Source: Hypanus sabinus
Taxonomy: Eukaryota
Assembly (NCBI RefSeq): GCF_030144855.1
Contig: NC_082722.1
Coordinates: 19,902,001 to 19,966,000 of the forward strand
Length of the DNA: 64,000 bases
Direction of reading: 5' to 3'
Positions 12,925 through 24,100 of this stretch are shown one piece after another (position 1 is the first letter of the stretch; each line of letters opens with the position of its first letter). The notes beneath the pieces were generated by a model, which worked only from the letters and a program-made list of their open reading frames with translations, had not been told where the DNA came from and did not search any database. The translations under genes were made by a program, and so were the position numbers.

Positions 12925-13720
12925 ACAACCTGAAAATTATAACTTCATCACCTCCATTGCAGCTCTGCACTCCAACTGCAAATCGGTTAGCGTCGTCTAC
13001 TGTAGCCAGAGCTACCAATACGGCTTCCTCTACAGTGGTGAGACTCGATATAAACTGGGGGACCACTTTTTCGAGCACATCCACTTCATCCTAAAATGTG
13101 GAATTTGCTGGTGGACCATTATTTTCATTCCTATCCATTCACGTTCCGACATTTCGATTGAATTCTCTTCTTATGCCTTCATGAGGCTTCAAGGTGGGCG
13201 AGCAACACCTCGGATTCAGTCTTGGTACCCACCAACCTGTCGACATGAAGATCGACATCTCCTTCAAGTATTTTTCCCTCCCACGTCTCTCATCTGTTCC
13301 CACCTCTCTACTCTTATCCTCTCCGCTCTTCTGCCTTTAACCTCCACTTCTGTCCCACTTCCTTCCTCTTCTCCCGTAGTCTACTCTCCTCTCCTATTAA
13401 ATTTCTTATTCTCCAGCTCATTGCATTTTCAACTTCTTACCTTCCAGCTTCTTACTTCATCCCACCGCCCAACCGCACACATTCCTTTTCCCCCCACCTT
13501 CCAAAGCCCCCTCAGCCTGATTTCATCTATCACCTTCTAATCTGTCCTGCATCTCACCGTCTTTTTATTCTGCCATATTCCTCCCTCCTTTCCAGTCCTA
13601 ATGAAGGGACTCGGACCGAATCTTTGACTGTTCATTCATTTCCATCAACGCTGCCTGGTCTGCTGGGTTCATTTTGTGTGTGTTCCTCGAGATTTCACTA
13701 TATGAAGAATTCTTGTTTTA
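12925..13720 (+). mobile_element. Penelope-like element remnant (GIY-YIG end and pyrimidine-rich tail)
   Basis: VVYCSQSYQYGFLYSGETRYKLGDHFFEH resembles the Penelope GIY-YIG motif. Similar tails near 17560-17980, 29550-30010 and 50580-50790. Confidence 0.65.
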
Positions 13721-14044
13721 TTGATTGCTCTTTTTTCAGTCCTTTGGGAAAGTATTCGACATTATTGGAAGATGAAAACACTGGGAGCTAAAGGTAACGT
13801 GCTGTGTCTGACGGGGAATTGCTTCGATAGCTGCCGCTGAGAGAAGGGAAGAAGGAGCACACATCATGCTGAAGCCCCTTTGGTCTTGGACACAGTCTTC
13901 TCACTATGTTTTCAAATGCATGAATGAAGTAACACAAGACCATGTGGATGAATATCAGGTTAGATAGTACAGTAATTTCTGGACAATAGCTGCAAAACAT
14001 TCGAAAAAAAACGATCCCGCGTAAGTAGAGGAATCATGGAGCAT

Positions 14045-16420
14045 CAGTGGAGAGCGAAACAGATCTAAGATTCCTGTTCTAACGCCTGATGAATGGCTGC
14101 AAATTAAGGGAGTGATTTTGTTTCCTACTCTTTGATTCTCCCTACTCTACCAAGCATGTTTCACGTTACATTATAAGGATAGTGGAATTTGCAATCTTTG
14201 CAGGATGTCTGTAAGTACTTTTTAACTATGAGAACGCTCCTGATGATTGAGAAAACATTTTAAGTCATGCCCATGGTAATAGGCAGATATTGCACAATTC
14301 ACGGGGTATCTCGAATTGTCCAAAACATCTCTTGAGAAAATTAATCCAATCGAATTCGAGTTAACTTGGACCGTCAAATCGAAAACGTTTTAAATATCTG
14401 ATTTTTTTTTGGTAATTTTCAAAGCTTCTCAAATATTCCAAAATGAAGACAAAAGTTAAGGATTTAAAAATCTTAAAACTCTAAAGAAATGTTTTTCTTA
14501 GTTATCAGTACTTTCAGATAGGTTAAACACCGCTTTGGCAGTGAATAAATTTCAATTAACAATCATTTGCCGATTTAAATGCAATCTTCCCAATATTTGT
14601 AAGGTGCATTTTAAACTCTTAAGACATCTGTACTTTGTTTTAACCTCGATTGTGATTATCATCATTCACTTCTATTAACCAGGAGGAGAATATCGCTCTC
14701 AGCACTAAAAGACAGGTGGATATTTTTTTCCACATAAATTAATTTAATATGTGTGGGACCATTGGTTCCAGTCGTTGTTTCTTCAGTTGACCTGAACGTG
14801 AGGCCACCATTGGAGAATACTTTGCTGGTTTACGGGAATAAGTTATACAGGCACAGAACACATTCCCGCGACTATGTCCATGCCTACTATCAAGCACAAA
14901 TTACGTAAGTCAAACAATAACCGTATATCATTCTGCAATACCCTACTATCCCCGGCATTCAAAGGAACATACCCCACCACCAGCTCGATGGATCCATGGC
15001 TTCCTACGGCCCTGCACCAGGCCTTCGGCCCATTTCGCCAATGGAGACCGATCCCAGCGAGACCCGTTACTTGCGTTTGTAACTTACCACAGTGAACCTT
15101 TTCTATCTGAGTACCCATCCAAATGTTTCTAACACGTTGCAATCATACCCACTTCTATAGACAATCCCGTACTCTCTTCCAGTTACCAAGCTCCCTTGCT
15201 TTGGAAAACTTGCCCTAGATCCAGTAAAATGTTTCCTCTCCAATTTGAATCGATGCATTCCCATTTTCGATTCAGCTATTCTGGGTAACAGATTGCAACC
15301 ATACCCCTGCTTGCGCCCTTAAATATATAAGGTCACCACTCAACCTTTGTGCTATCGGGAATTGTAATCCCAGACTTTCTCTACAGTTAAAAACATACTT
15401 TCCCGCAAAAATATTTGTGAATATTTTCTGGACTTTTCTGGACTATTTCAAGCTTCGTCGGGCCTTTTCTATAGCCGGCTGATCAGAAATGCACAGAATA
15501 CTCTGAGCATGCTTCACCAACGAACTGTACAGTTGAACATGACGGCGCAAATGCCGTACTCATTGCTACAACTGTGAATAAATGTGACAAATTCCTTTTT
15601 CACCAGTCTGTCCACCTCTATTGTCACGTTCAAAGATGAATCTGCATGTACCTTCAGTCCCTTTGTTTTACGTCAATGCTCTGGGCAATCTACTGTGCAA
15701 TTCCTGCCCCGGTTTAACTAACCAAAATACAACACTTCGCAAATGTCCAAGTAATATTCTATCTGCAATTGTTTTTCCTGCTTTCGCAGTTTATAGCCGT
15801 AGATATCTTTCACTGTCTAATATACCACCAATTTCATTGCATTCCGAAAGATATTAACGAATTTAAAAAAAAATGTCATCTGATTATTTCGGAGTTGAGA
15901 AAAATACATTAAATGGAGCCTACCTGTTCAGTACACCAGTTGCAGGCGGTCATTCTTGATATCAAGTTTCTACTATCACCGTTTGACTCCCTCTACTAAA
16001 CCAATTTTGTATTCTTGTGCTCAGGTGGCTGGTTCACATTGGCTCTCATGTCATCGAGTTTTCTGTGCAAGCCTGCAATACGGGACCTTGCAAAAGTCAA
16101 TGAAGTTACAGTCCAATTGTTGCAATCCGCAATTTCCTTCATCACTTCATCAAAGCAACTGAATGAAATTTGTGATCCGAAATGACAAATCCATGCTGAC
16201 CGGCAGTTTTTCAACCCTTCCGTTTTCAAGTTGTGATAGATTCTCTCCCTCTGATCCACTCCAGTATGTTTCCACGCACCAATGCTGGGCACGCCAACTG
16301 CAGCTCTCCTCTTATCCTTGCAGATCTTCTTAAGTAAATGCACATTTGCCACTCCCCAATGCTACGGCAACACAATCTCCGTTAAAGACGATGCTTATAT
16401 CTCTGCAACAGACGTTACAA
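14045..16420 (+). repeat. Older duplicated block Y2
   Basis: Shares ordered segments with Y1 and Y3 (e.g. catctcttgagaaaa, ttagttatcagtactttca, tacctgttca...ctatcaccg). Confidence 0.7.
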
Positions 16421-17167
16421 TTTCTCCTCTGGCTTCTCGCAATGTCAAGTGATACATTTGATCAAGTGCTGTGAGTTCATCAAACGGTCTGAGTTCTTAC
16501 ACCGTGAACACCCCGTTCCCCGGATGCCTCCATTATTACTTATGTGGATCTGTTAAAAAATAATTTTAATTCCCTCTAACCCCTTAGGTTCCATGATTTT
16601 CATCACAGTTATGGGAAGTAATAATTGACAGCTCAGTCATTGCGATTTCTCGGACGCTTTTTCCTCATTTCCATTTATTTTCTATTCAGAAGTTGTATTG
16701 TGCTGCTTTTGTGCTCTCATGATTCCCGTCGGGTCTACCGAAGTACATCATATATTTTGAAGGGGATTACTTGAACCCGTTCCCTACAGGTGATGCAGGT
16801 CTTCTCACTCAGAAACAGTGTCTGAATGTCCTCGTGAACCGGGATTCTCTAATCCTGTTGGCCTTGTCATTCTCTTTACCGATACCACTCATGCATATTA
16901 GCGGCAGTTATCAGAGGGTCTCGCCTTGAAATGGAAGAGGAAAATTTAAATGAGGTTTTGAAGCAGGTACATTACCCAAAGTGTAGTAGTTGACTTGACA
17001 GTGCTACAAGAGAGTGTTGATTTGATCACAATGGTTTAAAGACATTCAAACATGCCCATGAAGAGGTAAAAAAGAGGTACGTAGACTCTGTCCGATCGGA
17101 TAGAAATCAATTTGCATTATGATCGATGCAGACATCATTGGTCGAAAGGTACTTCCCTGTTTTCTTT

Positions 17168-17503
17168 GAGGGGTGATTGATAGGTTCGTGTCCTAAGGGA
17201 GAAGGAGTCAATTTCAGAAAACGGAGCACGCTTATTTTTCAACATAGTCCCCTCCTAAATTTATACACTTAGTACAGCGGTCGTGGAGCAGACGGATCTT
17301 CGACCTCCTGAAAGTGTCCACAGATGGGTGATTGATACGTTCGTGACCTAAGGTAGAAGGAGATGAATTATACAGCTCTTGTTACCTGCACATACAGGTC
17401 AACTGTTTGAGTGATCATGCAGAAAGTTTGAAGTTAATAACTCATCTCATTCTACCTTAGACAACGAACTTATTTATCAGCCCTGATGAGTTATTAACTT
17501 CAA
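17168..17503. mobile_element. Mariner-like MITE fragments with direct and inverted copies of a TIR-like unit
   Basis: gggtgattgata.gttcgtg.cctaagg at about 17171 and 17326, inverted copy at about 17441-17483, and a perfect 19-bp inverted repeat at 17428-17446 / 17485-17503. Confidence 0.5.
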
Positions 17504-18015
17504 GTGGTAAAGGGCCGAATGAGCAGAAATCTGATTGGAGAGGACATTGGGCCTTTGGAGAAAGAAAAGAAAAAAAAAAACGAGGAGCAGCAGCAAAGCG
17601 AGGTGAGGAGAAGATAAGGAATAAAATGGGACCCGGAATGGGAAATAGAAAGCGATGAAATGTGTACAGGAGAAATTACTGAAAGTTTGAGAATTCTATG
17701 TTCAGATCAACAGGTTGGAGGCTAATGAGAGGGAATATAAATCCACCTATCAAGTGCCATCTCTTTAAGTCCCGCTTCCCCTCCACTTATCCCCTCCCAG
17801 CTTGTTCATCTTTCACTCCTCTATCTCCTTATGGTGACTTCTTCCCCCTTCCTTTCCAGTCTTGAAGAGGTACCTTACCCCGAGACATCGACTGTTTGTT
17901 TTTCATCATTGATGCTGAGCTTCGCTCGCTCGTTGTGTGTATTCCACGGGATTTCCTGTATCTACAGCATTTCTTCTACCAAAGGCATTTACGTAGCATT
18001 GACCATGTGACTTCA

Positions 18016-18022
18016 TATATAA
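18016..18022 (+). promoter_or_regulatory. Possible TATA box (TATATAA) upstream of gene 1
   Basis: About 63 nt before the ATG. An acceptor-like tttatatgttttag just downstream means a 5' UTR exon is an alternative explanation. Confidence 0.3.
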
Positions 18023-18084
18023 TGCGCACTTGATTATTACATCCTATGAATTTATATGTTTTAGACAGAGCACTCTCATTTGCA

Positions 18085-18139
18085 ATGTCGATGGGTGCAA
18101 CCATTTTGTCCGTGGTTCTGCTCGCCGCGTTTTTGCCAG
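18085..18139 (+). CDS. Gene 1 exon 1, signal peptide (MSMGATILSVVLLAAFLP)
   Basis: ATG at 18085 (second in-frame ATG at 18091), hydrophobic core, phase-1 donor CAG|gtatgc. Same 55-nt length and donor as the gene 2 leader. Confidence 0.85.
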
Positions 18140-21100
18140 GTATGCATAATTTTTTGTGCCCAATCTATAAAACAGACATTTTATAATATTATGCATCATT
18201 TACCCGCAGCAAATTTAGAGATAGTAAACATTCAATTCGCATACCAGTGTTCTGCCTATTTTGTCTGCTGATTCGTTGTCCAGTGAATGCAACTGTTTTC
18301 ATTATTCTCACTTATGCTTTGTCAGCCGCAAAAGGAACTTCGGCAAAATTGGAACAATTCCCTCCAATCTTAAACGTCACAATCGGTGGAAATGCATCCA
18401 TGTACTGCAAATTTCCAATACTACAAGATACTGCTGAAGTTTCATGGTGGAAGGATGGTCAGAACACATTTATAGAACCAGACAGCAGAAATCAGTTCCA
18501 TGTAAAAAAAGGCAGGGGCACATTTACCCTCCTGAATGTGAGCTACGCAGACGTCGGCGTGTATTACTGTCAAGTGAAAAGTCAACAACAAATATTGGGA
18601 AATGGAAGTGGCTCTCAGCTTATTGTGTTAAGTAAGTGTCTTTATTCCTGGAAGTGGAAATTTTTCATCTTGTTGCATTTGAATAAAATCCAAGATGCGG
18701 ATATGTTGTGAAATATTATTGTTGGTTGAAAATTTGTGCCATTAATTTGCTTTCCAGCTTTTTTTTTACAGGAAAATATCATTTCGGTTTTTTTTCAGAT
18801 TTTAAAAATTATTTCGATGTGATTATGCAGATTTGCTTTTGCTTCACTTATTATTTGTTCCGTTGATACTTCCAGCCATATATTTGATATGCCTATATTC
18901 CTACACAACATCTCACCCTCTTACCGCCTTGACTGTTTTCCTCAGCCAGCCCATAAGAACATAAGGAGTAGGCCATCCGGCTCATCGAGCCTGACACGCC
19001 ATTCAATAACATCATGGTTGATCTGTCCATCAACTCAGCTCCATCTACCTGCCCTTTCCCCATAACCGTTAATTCCCCTTTTACGTACCCCGTAACCGGG
19101 TGTATGACCAGCAAAGATAGAAGAACCGTTGGAGTCTGGTGGTACTATTTTCAAACAGTCTTTATTAGTAAAATATACAAATCAATATCAACAATGCAAA
19201 TATATAGATAATACACGTTAGCAATACTAAACCTAAACGTGTGAGTATAATAATAATCAATTATAAACAAGCTCCATCGCTGTCTAGGGGATAATGAATC
19301 GTCATATGTGAATATAAAGTTCGGTACAGTTCATACGTACTGATGTAGTTGTTGGTGGTTTTGTTGTAATTGTTGGGGGGGGGGGTAGAGAGAGAGAGAG
19401 AGAGAGAGAGAGCAAACAGTGACAGCTACAGTCAATCAAACCTTCCTTTACACGTTCTTGATCCGTCGATGTGTTGTGGCCATTTAGGTATCACCCCTCT
19501 GTCCTTCAGCTAGACCGTTCTCCTGTGGTGGACTCGTCACCCAGGCAAGGGCGGACACACACACACAAGCCCCCACCGGCCCTGTATTAAACTGACCGAA
19601 CCTTCGTTCGGTCTCCAATGCCCCACACCTTCACGTGGGTTCCAACACTCAAGCAGTGCTCACTAGTGTGTCTCCTTGTGTGTCTGAAGAGTGTCTCCCC
19701 AGACCTCACTTTTATCCCCACTCACGTGGTCTCAGGTGTCAATCAGTTTTGAATGGCTTAGCCTATCAAACCAGCCTACTCCGGCTGTTCACTGAGGAAT
19801 TTTAATGAACATAATAGTACCAAGTAAACAGCCCTCTCCGGAGCCATAATTCTTTCAGGGGTCATAATATAGTGGGTCAACAAGTCTCTCTCTCCTGCTG
19901 TTATCTCTCCCTTGTCTGAAGCAGATGTTCCAGTCCCAGTATGTTTTCCCTTTGTCTCTCTTTCTCTCTCATTAGCAGCGTGGTAACAATAACAGTTTTG
20001 TGATTCTCCCAGGAATATAGGCAACTCTGCACCCTTCTGCCCATCAGAGTTGTTCATCCTTCATAACACCCCTACTACGTAAAAATCTAATTTTATCTTA
20101 AATATATTTAGTGAAGAAGAATCAACTGCTTCGCGGGGCAGCGAATCCCACAGTTTCACATCTCTTTGTGAAAAACAGTTTCTGCTCAGCTCCGTCCTAA
20201 ATCTTCTCCCCTCAATCTTGATGTAATGTCCCCTAGTTCCAGTCACACCTACCAATGGAAACAACCTTCCTGCTTCTATCTTATCTATGCTTTTCAAAAT
20301 TGTCTATGTTTCTATAAGATCTCTTCTCATTCTTCTGAATTCCAGAGAGCATAGTCCCAGGCGACTCAACATCTCCTCTTCATCTCTTGAATCATCCTGG
20401 TGAACCTCCTCTGCACGGCATCCAAAGCCAATAGATCCTTCCTCAAATATTGTGACCAGAACTGCACACAGTACTCCAGGTGCAGTCACCAGAACCCTGT
20501 ACAGTTGCAGCATGACATCCCAGCTCTTGAATTCAATCCCTCCAGCAATGAAAGCCAAGATTCCATTTGCCTTCTTAATAACCTGTTCCACGTACAAGAC
20601 AAATATTTGTGATTCATGCACAAGCACTCCCAAGTCCCTGTACACATCATTACGTGCTTGTCCGGACATTTTGAATGTCTGTATCAAGTCACCATAAAAT
20701 TCTGCAGAAGCCTCCCAAAAAGGTTAGATGAGACTCTGGGGACGAATTTGCCTTACAGCAACAAGCACGTAATCATCTGTAATTCGGATATGGCCCATGG
20801 CAGTGCTAAGTGTGTAACCGTGAACTCGGGTTGGCCATTGTATGCAGAGAGCCAAATGCTAAACAATAGACAATAGACAATAGGTGCATAAGTAGACCAT
20901 TCGGCCCTTCGAGCCTGCACCGCCATTTTGAGATCATGGCTGATTGACTACTATCAATACCCGGTTCCTGCCTTGTCCCCATATCCCTTGATTCCCCTAT
21001 CAATAATATACCTTTCCAGCTCCTTCTTGAAAGCATCCAGAGAATTGGCCTCCACTACCTTCCGAGGCAGTGCATTCCAGATCCCCACATCTCTCTGGGA

Positions 21101-24100
21101 GAAGAAGTTTTTCCTTAACTCTGTCCAAAATGACCTACCCCTTATTCTCAAAGTATGCCCTCTGTTACTGGACTCTCCCAGGATCTGGAACATATTTCCT
21201 GCCTCTATCTTGTCCAATCCCTTAATAATCTTATATGTATCAATCAGATCCCCTCTCAATCTCCTTAGTTCCAGCGTGCACAATCAAAGTCTCTCTAACA
21301 TCTCTGCGTATGACAGTCCAGACATCCCAGGAATTAACCTTGTGAATCTACGCTGCACTTCCTCTACAGCCACGATGTCCTTCCTTAACCCTGGAAACCA
21401 AAACTGTAGAGAATACTCCAGGTGTGGTCATACCAGGGCTCTGTACAAATGCAAGAGGATTTCCTTGCTCTTGTACTCAATTCCTTTTGTAATAAAGGCC
21501 AACATTCCATTAGCCTTCTTCACGGCCTGCTGCACTTGCACATTCACTTTCAGTGACTGATGAACAAGGGCTACTAGATCTCTTTGTATTTCTCCCTTAC
21601 CTAACTCTACACCATTCAGATAATAATCTGCCTTCCTGTTCTTACTCCCAAAGTGGATAACCTCACACTTATTCACATTAAACGTCATCTGCCAAGTATC
21701 TGCCCACTCACCCAGCCTATCCAAGTCACCCTGAATTCTCCTAACATCCTCATCACAAGTCACACTGCCACCCAGCTTAGTATCATCAGCAAATTTGCTG
21801 ATGTTATTTTCAATGCCTTCATCCAAATCGTTGACGTAAATTGTAAAGAGCTGTGGTCCAAATACCGAGCCCTGTGGCACCCCACTAATCACCACCTGCC
21901 ATTCCGAGAAACACCTATTTACCACTATCCTTTGCTTTCTATCTGCAAGCCAGTTTTCTATCCATGTCAATGTCTTCCCCCCGATGCCCTGAGCTTTGAT
22001 TTTAGCCAACAATCTCCTATGTGGGACCTTATCAAATGCCTTCTGAAATTCGAGGTACACAACATCCACTGGATCTCCCCCGTCTAACTTCCTGGTTACA
22101 TCCTCGAAAAACTCCAACAGATTAGCCAAGCATGATTTACCAATGGTAACTCCATGCTGGCTCGGCCCAATCCTATCACAGCTATCTAGATATGCTACTA
22201 TTTCATCCTTAATAATGGACTCTAGCATCTTCGCCACCACTGATGTCAGGCTGGCAGGTCGATAGTTCTCTGATTTCTCCCTCCCTCCTTTCTTAATAAG
22301 TGGGATAACATTAGCCATTCTCCAATCCTCAGGAAATGATCCTGAATCTAAGGAACATTGGAAAATGATTACCAATGCATCTGCAATTTCCAGGGACACC
22401 TCCTTTAGTACCCTAGGATGCAGACCATCTGGAGCTGGGGATTTGTCAGCCTTCAGTCCCATCAGTCTTCTCGTCACCGTTTCCTTCTTAATATCAATAT
22501 GTTTCATTTCCTCTTTCCCCCTATGTTCTTGGCCCATCCATACATCTGGGAGATTGCTTGTGTGTTCCTTAGTGAAAACAGATCTACAGTAATTAAATTT
22601 TTCTGCCATTTCTCTGTTTCCCATAACGATTTCACCCAATTCATTCTTTAAGGTCCCAACTTTGTTCTTAATTATCTTCTTTCTCTTCACATATCTAAAA
22701 AAAAGCTTTTGCTATCTTCCTTTATACTCCTGTCTAGCTTGCGTTCGTACCACATTTTTTCTCCCCGTATTGTCTTTTTAGTTAAGTTCTGTTGTTCCTT
22801 AAAAGCTTCCCAATCATCTGTCTTCCCACTCACCTTAGCTCAGTCATACTTCCTTTTTTTTAATGCTATGCAATCTCTGACTTCCTTTGTCAACCACTGT
22901 GGCATCTTTCCCCCCTTTGAATCCTTCCTTCTCTGGGGGATGAACTGATTTTGCACCTTGTGCATTATTCTCAAGAATACGGGCCATTGCTGTTCCACTG
23001 TCTTTTCTGCCAGGCTATCAGTCCAGTCAACTTTGGCCAGCTCCTCCCTCATGGCTCCATATTTTCCCCTGTTGAACTGCAAAATTAACACCTCCGAGCT
23101 GTCCTTATCCTTCTCAAATTGCAGATAAAAACTTATCATATTATGGTCACTACCTCCTAATGGCTCCTTTACTGCAAGATCGCTCATGAAATCCTGTTCA
23201 TTACGTAACACTAAATCCCGAATAGTCTTGTCCCTGGTCGGCTCTCGTACAAGCTGTTCCAAGAATGCATCCCGTAGGCAGTCTACAAACTCCCTATCCT
23301 GTTGTCCAGCACCAACCTGATTCGTCCAGTTCACCTGCATGTTGAAATCCCCCATAACTACTGCGACATTACCTTTGCCACATGCCAATGTTAACTCCCT
23401 ATTCAACTTGCACCCAATATCCATGCTACTATTTGGTGGACTGTAGACAACGCCCATTTCGGTCCTTTTGCCCTTACTGTTCCTCAGTTCTCTCTACACA
23501 GACTCTACTTCTCCTGACCCTATGTCCCCCCTTGCAACGGACATAATATCATTCCTTACCAGCAGGGCCAACCCACCCCCGCTGCCCACATTTCTGTCCC
23601 TACGATAGCACGTATACCCTTGTACATTCATTTCCCAGGTCTGATCTCCCTGCATCCATGTCTCCATTATCCCAACAGCATCATAGTTACCCATCGCACC
23701 TTGGCTTCAAGCTCCTCCGCCTTATTTCTGACACTTCGTGCTGAGATATAGAATTGTTAGCCCATTTCTCCTCTCTCTGTTTGAATCGCTGCCTATTGTG
23801 CTTAACCCAACTCTCCAAACTCCCATCGGGCTATAAGCCCCTAGAAATATGTTGTCTTTCCTAAATCTTATTATTCTTTCAACACATGTTGTGACAGATT
23901 GATAATGTAATCTGACTGTAGACTTTCCTAAGTTAGATATGGACCATTGTTGTAGAGAAGGCAGTCCATGTTTGCAACAGCGTGAATTTTGGGATCACCT
24001 TTGAGTGAAATCTCTGCAGGGAGAAGCGGAGTTCTTTCAGCTCCTGGGTTGCCTCTCTGCAGGGCATCATCGTTCGTATAACAGTGCCAGGTCACTATCG

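Noticed and set aside
17110-17117. Octamer ATTTGCAT (also 563, 19194, 27291, 63249)
   Set aside because: About five hits in 64 kb of AT-rich DNA is near chance, and none is at an Ig-promoter position or shared by the paralogues.
20928-21560. 210-aa plus-strand ORF (also 21653-22087 and the ORFs opposite BEL pol)
   Set aside because: Antisense shadows of CR1 and BEL coding sequence.
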